Virus record (IMG/VR): IMGVR_UViG_2634166353_000002
Coordinates: 817 to 64,816 of that record
Length of the DNA: 64,000 nucleotides
Origin: a virus
Taxonomy: Duplodnaviria > Caudoviricetes
Strand: one strand, 5' to 3'
How positions within the stretch are numbered: the stretch's first letter is position 1; each line of letters opens with the position of its first letter. The notes under the pieces are model-generated. The model made no database searches, had not been told where the DNA came from, and saw nothing but the letters and a program-made list of their open reading frames with translations. The position numbers and the translations under genes were made by a program. This document shows, piece after piece, positions 8,128 through 18,341 of this stretch.

Positions 8128-9646
8128 CGCCTTCAACGTCCTCAAGTGCCGCATCCAGGGCACCTAAAAAGCCTTCAGCGAAGACCGGTCCGTTTTGAGA
8201 TACGCGGTGAGACAAGGCCCCGTAAGTCTTGACGACTGCGGTATTGAAGATGATTTCGCGCCCATGATGGCGAAGCAGATCGTCCCAAAGGTAGATCAGC
8301 AATTTCCCTGGCACTAAGTCACTTGAGGCAAGTTCAACGTCCGACACAAACCAAGGCCCCAATAGGCGATCTTCGGCGATTGATAGATGATCGGTCAGAT
8401 AGTCATTCAAGATGCGGGCAAAGTTTGACCATAAGATCGATGCCTGGTTGCCGTCTGCTTTGACAACATTGAAACGCCCATTCGGTGAGATTGCGTAGTC
8501 GATATTGATGTAATGTTGTTTCCAGCGGCGACGAAAGGCGGTATCCAGTGGGAAAACGCCCTGGTCCGCGCTGTTCATGGTGGCTAGTAGCCAGAGATTA
8601 GCTGGCAACCTGAGCTTCTCAATCTCCTGACCGCACTCCACACGTAACCAGGCTTTGAACTCATCAGTTGGAAAGTCTGCATCGTACCTGCCGAGGCCCG
8701 TCGCATCCCGATCCAACAGAAGGAAAAGGTCCCCAAAAACGGCAGCGGCTGGAGCGCGGTTGAGTTCTTCTATGACAAGGAAGACCTCTTCATTCGGGCG
8801 GAGAATGGCCGCCCTGAGAGCGTGCGCAAAAGGTCCAGGTGAGAACTCGTAGGTTACATTGCCATCTCGAGTGACGGGCTTAAGCGCTCCTACAAAATCA
8901 CCGTTCTGAAGATCCGGGTGGAAGACTGTCCGAATACTGTGCTTGTCGCCGATGCGCTCATTGACTGCATGGGTCTTGCCTGTTCCTGGCGCACCATAAA
9001 AAATCAGATTTTCCGCGCCTGTGACCGCTTCAGGATTAGCGGCATCTTCTTCGTGATCGACAAATCCAGGGGGAACATGGAGAGTGTCCATGTTCGCGAC
9101 ATAGTAATGAATAAACTCTGGTAGAAAGCAGCATGCATATCTGTTGTTTATCCGATCGAAATAGCGTCCAAAGCCGGTTTTGTACGCATCCGCGATGGCG
9201 TTCACGTTGGTGTAGCAAGTGTTCGGATTGGCATGGTTCAAATAAGCAGAAGTGTCCCAGGCGCAGATGACAGGGTCGTTGCCGGTTCCATTGTAAACTC
9301 CTAAGAGCAAGCACCGATGGTCGCCGTTCTTTCCTAGCTGAAAATGATCAGCGTGTTCTTCATAGTCTCTGTTTAATTGTATGCCTTTCTCGTCTGCACC
9401 GCGGTTTCGCCAATTTAGGTTTCGAAATGGGTAAATCTCGAGTGTCAGTTCTTCATTTGCTTTGCTGATTTCAGCAGTAAACCTGACATAGCTAGATCGT
9501 GGAGGAGGATCATGCCGTGTTAAGTTTACGGTCCAGCCAAGGGAACCCAAGGCCCCGTTCAGGATATCTTCCCACTGATCTGCCGTTGCACGATCAGGTT
9601 CGGGTCCATCGTATAGTTCCCCATTAGGGCGAGATTGCGTAGCCAT
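8120..9646 (-). CDS. McrB-like AAA+ GTPase subunit
   Basis: GAPGTGKT Walker A, IEELNRA Walker B, MNSAD (McrB NxxD signature), LDTAFRRRW. Confidence 0.88.
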   Translation of the reverse strand: MATQSRPNGELYDGPEPDRATADQWEDILNGALGSLGWTVNLTRHDPPPRSSYVRFTAEISKANEELTLEIYPFRNLNWRNRGADEKGIQLNRDYEEHADHFQLGKNGDHRCLLLGVYNGTGNDPVICAWDTSAYLNHANPNTCYTNVNAIADAYKTGFGRYFDRINNRYACCFLPEFIHYYVANMDTLHVPPGFVDHEEDAANPEAVTGAENLIFYGAPGTGKTHAVNERIGDKHSIRTVFHPDLQNGDFVGALKPVTRDGNVTYEFSPGPFAHALRAAILRPNEEVFLVIEELNRAPAAAVFGDLFLLLDRDATGLGRYDADFPTDEFKAWLRVECGQEIEKLRLPANLWLLATMNSADQGVFPLDTAFRRRWKQHYINIDYAISPNGRFNVVKADGNQASILWSNFARILNDYLTDHLSIAEDRLLGPWFVSDVELASSDLVPGKLLIYLWDDLLRHHGREIIFNTAVVKTYGALSHRVSQNGPVFAEGFLGALDAALEDVEGDA

Positions 9647-10039
9647 GAAAACTGCCGTTGCTTGAGTGTCTTGGGATGGACACTAATCACATTTGTAGAA
9701 CTTGGCTATCAGGTTTTGGTTTGGGATGGCGTTGTTGTGCATAGGCTGAAGGCGGCTGCATCTTGCGAATACAGCGTGGTAGCTACCACCGCCGAAGCCG
9801 CGCCGAAACGAAGATGTGAAGCGCCCCGGGTTTCCCGGAGGCTGGTTGGTTTGGGTTACGCGGCTCGCTGCTGCATGTCGAGCTGGCCATAGTGTGCGGC
9901 TTCCGCCTCTGCTGGCGGGAGGCGGTGTCAGCAAATTGTGTTGGCGCGAGGGCCTGGAGCGAGCAGCAGCCCGAGCGCATCAAGGTAGGAGCGGTCCGCG
10001 TTGTTCCGGGCGGCGTGCCATCGGCCGTAGGCAACAAGG

Positions 10040-10975
10040 TTATGTGAGGCGGGGCCGCAAAAAGGGCTGCGTGAAGGCTCGAAAGCGGGCAATCAGGGCG
10101 TTCACGGTGTTGATGTGGTGGCTTCGCGGGGTGCGCTTCGTCCTCCGCCCTGCGTTGAGCGCGAAGTGGGGGATACGCTCGTCCTTTGCGATACGCTCGT
10201 AGGTGGCGTGGCCGTCGGTGCAGAGCACCGCATCGGGCGCCATCACGGGTAGCAGGGCGCCGGTGATCGCCGCCTAGCCGGCGTCAGCGATGGCTTCGAA
10301 GGCACGGTGGCCGGGCCCGGTCCGTGGCTGCGAGCAGTTTCTTCTCCCAGGCCCGCCAGCCGCCTGGAGGCGCCGTAAAGGCGCCGCCGCGCCGCGGTAA
10401 GTCCGCCACCTCGGACGCGGTGGCGCAGGGTGGTTCGCAGGGTCGTCACGGTGCCGAACCCACTCCCACGAGCCCTTTCTGCTTTCGCGCTGGTGCGGTT
10501 CGTCGGCTTCGACGATGCCGGCAAGGGTGCCGTCTGTCTCTGGCGTCAGGGCGCCGATGATCGTCATGCGCCAGCGCCAGACGCTGTGACGCGACGCGCC
10601 CAGCACCTCGGCCCCGCGGCGGCAGGACATCGGCTGGGGCGCCTCGATCATGTCGCGCACAAGCGCAGCCACCAGGTCTGGGCGATGCATCCTGGCGAGC
10701 GGCGTGCCGCTCCGTCCCGACCAGGTCAACCGGCAGTTCGAGCGCCGCCATCGCTGTGCCCCCGTGCGCGTTCGGCCCCACCGACTGCGCTCGTCGGTGC
10801 CGCAGCGCGGGCAAGACGTTGCGGGACCGCCAGCCTCGGCGCGGGCATCGATTTCCAGGACGACCTCGGCCCGTTCGTGCGCCCCGGCCACCAACCCCTC
10901 CGCTTGCCGCAACGCGTATGGTGTCAGGCGGGCCAGAATGTGGCCAAACTCGGCCGGATCGAAATGGGAAATGGC
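10040..10975 (-). pseudogene. IS1595 DDE transposase split across reading frames
   Basis: CPRCG zinc ribbon, GIVEADE, then in another frame APDAVLCTDG and HINTVNALIARF; boundaries approximate. Confidence 0.8.
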
Positions 10976-11029
10976 GGGTCTCCTGGGATGGCGGGTATCT
11001 CGGACACTACCTACCCTACTGGAGAAGTA

Positions 11030-11044
11030 GAACAAAGGTGGAAC
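11030..11044. promoter_or_regulatory. Alphaproteobacterial LexA (SOS) box
   Basis: GAAC-AAAGGTG-GAAC = GTTC-N7-GTTC on the transposase strand, directly inside the TIR. Confidence 0.65.
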
Positions 11045-11228
11045 TAACGCGGTTTGCTGACACCGCCTGGCGGGACATGTCCGATCGGCTAGGTCGCAAA
11101 ACTCCAAGTCCCCGCCGTCGCGTTGAGTGGCTACACCGTACTGGGCATCGTCGTCACCGATCTCGCGGCATAGGTGCGTCCGGAAAAGGGGAAGAAAGTG
11201 GTTCACTCTCTTTGCAAAAGCGAGCCCT

Positions 11229-12689
11229 TCAGAGCGGCTCAATATTTAATCTCGTTAGCGCAGGACTATAGCTTGGGGCTGCTGCCGAGAAATCATAGGA
11301 ACGTACGATTGTTCCTGAGTTCAATTTCGTCTTTTCGCAGCTTTGCCGTCTGGCCCACATGGATCGGATCCGTGGCATGGATACGTCGACCAACGTCACA
11401 AGATCCGCGGACAACGGAAAATCAAGGATATTGGAGCGCGTCACATGAAAACCGTCCCCAATGCTGCGCCAGTATTCAAGGAACACATCTGAAGCGACGA
11501 TACCCAGGAACCGATAGAAGCTTTCACGGTCGTTGAAGCGGAAGATATGCACACCACTACCGGCCTGACCACGAACAGAAACGTAGTTGCGGGCAACGCT
11601 GCCGATGTAGAGTGCATGGCTCCCCCGATTGTCCGCCAGATCGCCCAGATGATAGGCAAACTGCTGATGTTGCAGGTACCGCGCCATTGCGCCCGAAGAT
11701 GGTCGGATGAATTGGTCAGTTATTCGGTATTCTGTCACGTCGTAGAGTTCTGGGCTTCCTGCGAGAAAGCCCGCGCGTTCAGAAGTACTCCATCTGTAAA
11801 GCGGTGACGAGTAAAGGCGATGCTCAGTGTTTGCTAAAGCAGAAACGATAGTGCAGCGCTGGCTGTTTGCCTTGTTTGTATTATCGCTTTGGGGCTTACC
11901 TGATTTAAAAAGCGTATCAGGTATATTGTCGAAGTGACTCGCATAGACCGCAAATCTCCTAGATCGCAATTTGTTGCGCAAAGCCGCATAATCGCGACTG
12001 AAGGCGATAGATAGCGGAACAATGAAGTGCATAGCGGCAAGCGGTGCTGCAATCTCAAGGCAACGATCGAGAAAGTCTGCGTAACTATTCTTCCATTTTG
12101 CACCCTTTGGGTTGGAAACAAACGGCGGGTTACCGAAAAGACAAACGGGGCGGGAAGACTTTTCGCCTTGATACGTTAGAAAATCTTTATGTTCGAAATA
12201 TGGCGTGAAATAGTCCGCACCTAGAGCGGAGTTGATAACAGAGAACTGACGCTTGGCGTAATCAAGAGAAGCAGCATTAATATCGACCAGGTGCAAATCA
12301 AGGTCGTGCATAGCCTCTAATGGAACGCCAAGATCGAGAAGTTTTCTAAGTAAAGCGAATACGAGGACACCGGATCCGCACGAGGGCTCTATAAAACGAT
12401 GATTCCGGACAAGTGCGGTTGCCTGCTCAGGGCCGGATATATTGCTCGCGTCAAAAAACTGGTTCCAGAAGAATCGCGCAACGTCGACAGGGGTGTAATA
12501 GGAACCGGACAGCTTGCGTGCCTGCTCAGACTTGCATGGCGTGTAGTAGGCGAGATCGCGCTCGTCCTTTTCAGCTTGATGCATCACACGATCCAGAATC
12601 ATTTTCGCGCCATCTGCAACCGCCCCTTCATACGAAAAAACGTTTGCCGGTTGTTTCTTGTCTTTTTGGAGTGGCGCGGCAATATTCAT
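11229..12689 (-). CDS. Amino (N6-adenine/N4-cytosine type) DNA methyltransferase
   Basis: YYTP, IEPSCGSG SAM-binding motif, GNPPF catalytic motif; ATG overlaps the C5 MTase stop. Confidence 0.88.
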   Translation of the reverse strand: MNIAAPLQKDKKQPANVFSYEGAVADGAKMILDRVMHQAEKDERDLAYYTPCKSEQARKLSGSYYTPVDVARFFWNQFFDASNISGPEQATALVRNHRFIEPSCGSGVLVFALLRKLLDLGVPLEAMHDLDLHLVDINAASLDYAKRQFSVINSALGADYFTPYFEHKDFLTYQGEKSSRPVCLFGNPPFVSNPKGAKWKNSYADFLDRCLEIAAPLAAMHFIVPLSIAFSRDYAALRNKLRSRRFAVYASHFDNIPDTLFKSGKPQSDNTNKANSQRCTIVSALANTEHRLYSSPLYRWSTSERAGFLAGSPELYDVTEYRITDQFIRPSSGAMARYLQHQQFAYHLGDLADNRGSHALYIGSVARNYVSVRGQAGSGVHIFRFNDRESFYRFLGIVASDVFLEYWRSIGDGFHVTRSNILDFPLSADLVTLVDVSMPRIRSMWARRQSCEKTKLNSGTIVRSYDFSAAAPSYSPALTRLNIEPL

Positions 12690-13792
12690 TACAGATGCTC
12701 GATGAGGTGGGAAACCATGTGCTTACCAAGTAGGCTGGGGACAGCATTACCGATCTGCTTCTGGATCGAACGCCGATTCCCGGCAAAGCGATAGCCTTCC
12801 GGAAAAGTCTGGATGGCAGCGATCTCGGGCACGCGTAAGCGGCGATTATTCCAATGGAATGGACCCACCCACGGTCCAGGCTGTGCGGCGATGGTTATCG
12901 ATGGTTCGTCCGGATGAAGCTTATGTAGAAAGTTCCAGAAACGGCCACCTGTGCGGAATGTACGACCGTCATATCTCTCGAGTTTCGACAAAGCGATATA
13001 GTTCTTTCCAGCGGGCACGTGCACAAGTTCGTGGTAGTATGTGCCGGCGCTCGCATCTTCCTGCGGTTCGGCAAAAATGTCCTTATCGAATCTCTCGATG
13101 AAGGCACCAACGCCAACGTATGGTGTGAAGCCATTCATCAGTTCCGGCTTTGCCGGATCGCCATGGGTCGCGTGGGGCAATGGTATGGGTTTGTGGGCAT
13201 CCTTAATGCCGAACACAAAGACACGCTTGCGTTTCTGCGGGACGCCAAAATCGGCGGCGTTCGCACGATACACCGTGCAAGCATAACCAAGCGCTTCGGC
13301 CTCTGCGATAAACTTTTCAAAAATCTTGATGTTTGTGGGGTGCCGGATGCTCTCCACATTTTCAAAAAGGAATCCGTTCGGCTGCAATTCTTGCACAGCG
13401 CGTAGATATTGCCCGAGCATATTGCGGGGGTCGTTTTCGATCAGCCGGTTGTCATTCTTGACCCAATAGCCGTTCTTGGAAAAAGGTTGGCATGGCGGAC
13501 CTCCGATCAGGATGGTGGGTTGCCCATCGCGCCAGTGTCGAAAATCAATCGTTTGGACGTCGGCCTCGATGATTCCGTCTGAGTGAGCTGCCAGACTATT
13601 GAGTCGAAGCGTTTCGGCACTGTCCGGATCGTTCTCGACACAAGCGACAATAGAGGCACCGGCCTGTATCGCGCCGACGTCCAGACCACCGGCGCCCGAA
13701 AATAGACTTACGCAACGAACCACTCTGGCTGCTCCCTTCGTTCTTTCGCGCCTGTCATGACACATGTTAGTTTTATGCGCTCTTCGCGGCAA
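12689..13792 (-). CDS. DNA (cytosine-5) methyltransferase
   Basis: LFSGAGGLD, GGPPCQPFS, ENV, QKRKRVF, QIGNAVP; true start may be slightly downstream. Confidence 0.95.
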   Translation of the reverse strand: MPRRAHKTNMCHDRRERTKGAARVVRCVSLFSGAGGLDVGAIQAGASIVACVENDPDSAETLRLNSLAAHSDGIIEADVQTIDFRHWRDGQPTILIGGPPCQPFSKNGYWVKNDNRLIENDPRNMLGQYLRAVQELQPNGFLFENVESIRHPTNIKIFEKFIAEAEALGYACTVYRANAADFGVPQKRKRVFVFGIKDAHKPIPLPHATHGDPAKPELMNGFTPYVGVGAFIERFDKDIFAEPQEDASAGTYYHELVHVPAGKNYIALSKLERYDGRTFRTGGRFWNFLHKLHPDEPSITIAAQPGPWVGPFHWNNRRLRVPEIAAIQTFPEGYRFAGNRRSIQKQIGNAVPSLLGKHMVSHLIEHL

Positions 13793-14064
13793 CGGCGTCC
13801 GCGGAAGACAGGTGCGGTAGGTGCACTGCGCACCACACCACAGTTACTGTTTAGCTATATTTAGGGTGCGGCGCACCCTTCAATTTCTAGATATGGGCGT
13901 TTTTTTCACAGTTTGTGCTTGACGGCAACGGCTCAGCAGCAGCTTACCTCAATAATCCATGCAAGGCGTGCGTCACTCTGTGGTCGACGGAGGTGTCGTG
14001 GCTCGCGCAGAAGGTTCTGACCCGCCGCCTCCTCGACCGTGCCTCGTTCAGCTTGGCTGAGAGG

Positions 14065-14442
14065 TCAAAGTCCATGCTGCTGCCTCCACTCCACCGGGAA
14101 TGGCTGTAGAAGCCGTGCCAGCAGCACCTCTGGCCCCTGCTTTCCGTCCAGGATCGCCTCGACAATGTCGGGTGCGAGCAGCGTAAGGCGCAGGACGCGG
14201 GTCATATAGGACGGCGCGATGCCTTCACGCCGGGCCAGCTCGCCGATAGTGATAAACTCCCCCGATTCCAGCAACCGCTTCCAGCGGAAGGCGCGGGCCA
14301 GCGCCTTGACGAGGGTGCTGTCTGTCCGGCGCGGCTGCGCGGCTCCTTCCGGCAACTGGATCTCCTTCCGACCGCCGCGCTTCACGACGCGGAACGGGAC
14401 GCGGAGAGTCACGGTCTCGGGGATCGGTGCACGGCGTGTCAT
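14065..14442 (-). CDS. Accessory protein downstream of the prophage serine recombinase
   Basis: LVKALARAFRW..ELARREG..YMTRVLRLTLLAPDIVEAILDG; resembles the C-terminal extension of the element 1 recombinase. Confidence 0.8.
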   Translation of the reverse strand: MTRRAPIPETVTLRVPFRVVKRGGRKEIQLPEGAAQPRRTDSTLVKALARAFRWKRLLESGEFITIGELARREGIAPSYMTRVLRLTLLAPDIVEAILDGKQGPEVLLARLLQPFPVEWRQQHGL

Positions 14443-15745
14443 GCTGAAACCTCGATATCGCCGGCCAGCATCTCGCGGGCCAGACCGCCAAGACCGTCCA
14501 CGCGGAGGCGGACGTTGAGCCCGTCGGCGCCGATATCGACGCGTTCGACCAGCAGCGCCACGATGCGCGCCTGCTCGGCAGGGAACAACTCGTCCCACAG
14601 CGGGTCGAGCTGCTGCAGGGCCGTCCGGGCGTCGGCCTCGGTGGTTTCGTCGGCGTGGCCGCGTGCCGCCTTCCACGTTCCTGCGACGATCTCCGGCTGG
14701 CGGAACACGACGCGCAACTGGTCGATGACGGCCGCCTCGATCTCGCCCGCGGGCACGCGGCCAACCGGACAAGAACCCGCGCCATGCTTCAGCACCGTCT
14801 GGCTGACATAGTAGCGGTAGAGCTTATCGCCCTTGCGGGTGTGGGTCGGTGAGAAGGCCGCACCATCGGGACCGAAGAGAATCCCCTTCAGCAACGCGGG
14901 CGTCTCGGCGCGGGTGCGCGCGGCGCGCTTGCGGGGGCTCTCCTGCAGGATGGCATGGACGCGGTCCCACGTCTCGCGGTCGATGATGGCGTCGTGCTCG
15001 CCGGGATAGCTATCGCCCTTGTGCACCGCCTCGCCGATATAAGCGCGGTTGTTCAGCATCCGGTAGAGGTATTTCTTGTCGATCCGGTTGCCGCGCGGCG
15101 TGAGGATGCCGCGCTTGCCCACCTCCCGCGCCATTTCCGTCCCCGAGCCGATTTCGAGGAAGCGCGCGAAGATCCAGCGGACATGCTCGGCATGCTCGTC
15201 GTCAATCACCAGCTTCCGATTCTCGACGCGGTAGCCGTAGGGCGGCACCCCGCCCATCCACATGCCCTTCTTCCGGCTGGCGGCGACCTTGTCCCGGATG
15301 CGTTCGGCCGTGACCTCCCGCTCGAACTGGGCGAAGGACAGCAGGATGTTCAGCGTCAGCCGCCCCATGGATGTGGTCGTGTTGAACGCCTGCGTGACTG
15401 AGACGAAGGTGACCTCGTTGCGGTCAAACACCTCGACCAGCTTGGCGAAGTCGGCCAGCGAGCGGCTGAGCCGGTCGATCTTGTAGACCACCACCACGTC
15501 AACCAGCCCGTCCTCGATGTCTTCCAGCAGCCGCTGCAGGCCGGGGCGTAGGAGCGTGCCGCCGGACAGGCCGCCATCGTCATACTGATCGCGGACCTGC
15601 ACCCAACCCTCGGAGCGCTGGGAGGCCACGAACGCTTCGCAGGCCTCCCGCTGGGCATGGAGGCTGTTGAACTCCTGTTCCAGCCCTTCCTCGGAGGATT
15701 TGCGCGTGTAGATCGCGCAGCGCTGTTTGCGGACGATTGGTTTTG

Positions 15746-15749
<4 letters not shown>
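14439..15749 (-). CDS. Large serine recombinase (prophage integrase)
   Basis: CAIYTRKSSEEGL, VVYKIDRLSRS, FAQFEREVTAERIRDK; GTG start at 15749 overlapping the DUF2924 stop. Confidence 0.93.
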
Positions 15750-16194
<445 letters not shown>

Positions 16195-16198
<4 letters not shown>

Positions 16199-16422
16199 GC
16201 TGTTTCCTCGTGAGTCGGAGTTGCATGAACGCTCTGGTCGGCCGGATAGTGTAGGCGAATTTCTCCAGTATCCGCATATGGTTGCCCGCGGTCTCGCATG
16301 CGCAACCGAACCAGCCCAAGGGCCAGCATAGCGCACAGCTCGGCGCGGCGCTCGGCGGGGGGCATCTGGTGAGGAGGCAGCGGGTTCGAGCCCAGCCGCG
16401 GGTATGTCGGCGCGTTTCGCAT
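16195..16422 (-). CDS. Small hypothetical protein upstream of DUF2924
   Basis: NPLPPHQMPPAERRAELCAMLALGLVRL; 4-bp overlap with the DUF2924 start. Confidence 0.6.
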
Positions 16423-16585
16423 GGGGACAACGCTATCGGTGCCGCCTCCGAAAACAATCCGATTCAAGGACTTGAGGGGGTTGTGCGTAAGCCCGCGCAG
16501 TCGATGGAAACTGGGTGTGCGGGTAGCTGCAGTGCTCCGAGAGCCGTCACCACTTGGCGTGAATGATGCTGTGAATAATTTGAGG

Positions 16586-16614
16586 TTGTTTATGTAAAAC
16601 GACCCTGCTATTCT
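16586..16614 (+). promoter_or_regulatory. Sigma70-like promoter for the 16640 gene pair
   Basis: TTGTTT-17 nt-TATTCT upstream of ATG 16640. Confidence 0.45.
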
Positions 16615-16639
16615 CTGTGAAAACAAGCGAGGCCCGATC

Positions 16640-17230
16640 ATGCCGATTCCTAGCGAAGCCACCGTGCGTCCCATCCTTGACGACATCCGCGAACAGGTCG
16701 TCTCCGCGATCCAAGAGGCGTGGAAGGACTGGCTGGCCAGCGATTTCAACGGCGTCTGGCGTTGCAAACGCAGCCGTGCGAATTTTGTCTGGGAGCAGAT
16801 CATCGAGCGCGCGAACAAAGCCCTGCTGGAACACGATGCCGTCCACATGATCCATGGCCAAGAAACGATAAAGTTTCTCGTTCGGGACACGGTGCTGTTT
16901 CGGTTCAAGAAGGCAGATGAGATGGGCCGCTCGTCGAATGTCGCCACGCAACTGGCGCTCGCTTTTCACGACCATGGCCAAGATTTGTTCGACCTGCCAG
17001 AGGTGCAGCGCGTCGAGGTCGTCTACAAGCTGAATCGCCTCGAAACGCAGCTCGAAGACATTTGCGTGGTCGCCCGCAATGGCGATCAGATTGCTTGGGA
17101 GTACAGCCTTCTGGATGCGGGCGAGGCCGCGGTTCCATTACCGATGCCCGCGCCGAAACCCGAGCGTCCTGCCACGGCCATCGTCAAACTCAAGGGCGCC
17201 GCGGACGACCGCAAGAAGCGTCAAGACTGA
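16640..17230 (+). CDS. Hypothetical protein, candidate toxin partner of the XRE-ImmA protein
   Basis: RFKKADEMGRSSNVAT motif; stop overlaps the ATG of the next gene. Confidence 0.75.
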   Translation: MPIPSEATVRPILDDIREQVVSAIQEAWKDWLASDFNGVWRCKRSRANFVWEQIIERANKALLEHDAVHMIHGQETIKFLVRDTVLFRFKKADEMGRSSNVATQLALAFHDHGQDLFDLPEVQRVEVVYKLNRLETQLEDICVVARNGDQIAWEYSLLDAGEAAVPLPMPAPKPERPATAIVKLKGAADDRKKRQD

Positions 17231-18300
17231 TGCCTACCGGTTTCAATCAGGACCTGCTGCGGATAGCGCGGCAGGCGCGGGGGTGGAGTCAGACAGAACT
17301 TTCCACGCGCTCAGGGGTTTCTCAGGCCAATCTGTCGAAACTCGAAAACGGGCTGATCGGCCCTACCGAAGACGTTTTGAAAAGCGTCAGCGAAGCCTTG
17401 GGTTTTCCGGTCGATTTCTTCTTCCAGAACGACCGGGTCATTGGTCTGCCGATGAGCGTGCAATACCGGAAGCGGGCGAGCGTTGGGCAGAAGGCGATTG
17501 AGCGCCTGGAAGCCGAACTCAACATCAGGATCCTGCACATCCGAAGACTGCTCGATGCCGCCGAGCTGGAGCCGGAGTTGTCCCTTCCGCGTCTGGATGT
17601 CGACGAGTACGGCGGCGACCCCGAACGTATCGCCGATCTCATCAGGCGCACCTGGCTCGTACCTTCGGGGCCGATCCGGGAGCTTGTCGAATGGGTGGAA
17701 CGAGCGGGGTGTATAGTCGTCCATTGCGACTTCGCCGCGCTAAAGGTCGATGGTTTCACGGTCCAGATACCGGACATGCCGCCATGCATCTTTCTGAATC
17801 GCAACATGCCCGCAGATCGGCAGCGGTTCAGTCTCGCGCACGAACTCGGGCATGTCGTTATGCATCAGGTGCCATCACCGGAAATGGAAGATGAGGCGAA
17901 CGAATTTGCAGCGGCGCTGCTCTTGCCGGCACGAGATATCCGCCCCCAACTCGCCGGGCGGCGCCTCACGATCCAGAGGCTCGCTGCCTTGAAGCCTGTC
18001 TGGCGCGTGTCGATGGCTGCGCTTCTTTATCGCGCCAAAGTGATTGGCGCGATTACCGACAACCAGAATCAGTATCTCTGGCGACAGATGAGCTCTCTGG
18101 GCTACCGCAAAACGGAGCCGCCTGAACTTGATCTAAAGGCCGAAATGCCCACTGTCCTCCCGGAGATTATCAGGCTTCATGTAGAGGACCTTGGCTACGA
18201 AGTATCCGATCTCGCCCAAGCGCTCCGATCAAGCGAAAACGATCTGCGCAAGCTTCATCCGCTTTCCGAAACCACTCAGCGACTACGAGTGGTGAAGTAG
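17230..18300 (+). CDS. XRE HTH fused to ImmA/IrrE zinc metallopeptidase
   Basis: ARQARGWSQTELS..SQANLSKLENG HTH; RFSLAHELGH (HExxH) and EDEANEFAAALLLP. Confidence 0.9.
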   Translation: MPTGFNQDLLRIARQARGWSQTELSTRSGVSQANLSKLENGLIGPTEDVLKSVSEALGFPVDFFFQNDRVIGLPMSVQYRKRASVGQKAIERLEAELNIRILHIRRLLDAAELEPELSLPRLDVDEYGGDPERIADLIRRTWLVPSGPIRELVEWVERAGCIVVHCDFAALKVDGFTVQIPDMPPCIFLNRNMPADRQRFSLAHELGHVVMHQVPSPEMEDEANEFAAALLLPARDIRPQLAGRRLTIQRLAALKPVWRVSMAALLYRAKVIGAITDNQNQYLWRQMSSLGYRKTEPPELDLKAEMPTVLPEIIRLHVEDLGYEVSDLAQALRSSENDLRKLHPLSETTQRLRVVK

Positions 18301-18341
18301 ACGCGATGGAACGGCTGCCGGTGTACAGCACGAAAGTCACG

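Larger units (their letters stand above)
9921..11067 (-). mobile_element. IS1595-family insertion sequence with frameshifted transposase
   Basis: TIRs GGCGGTGTCAGCAAATTGTGTT (9921-9942) and the reverse complement of 11046-11067 match at 19/22; 8-bp TSD TGGCGGGA at 9913-9920 and 11068-11075. Confidence 0.88.

Noticed and set aside
13944-14075. Short ORF MDFDLSAKLNEARSRR overlapping the accessory gene stop
   Set aside because: Only 43 codons with no recognisable motif; cannot be distinguished from chance
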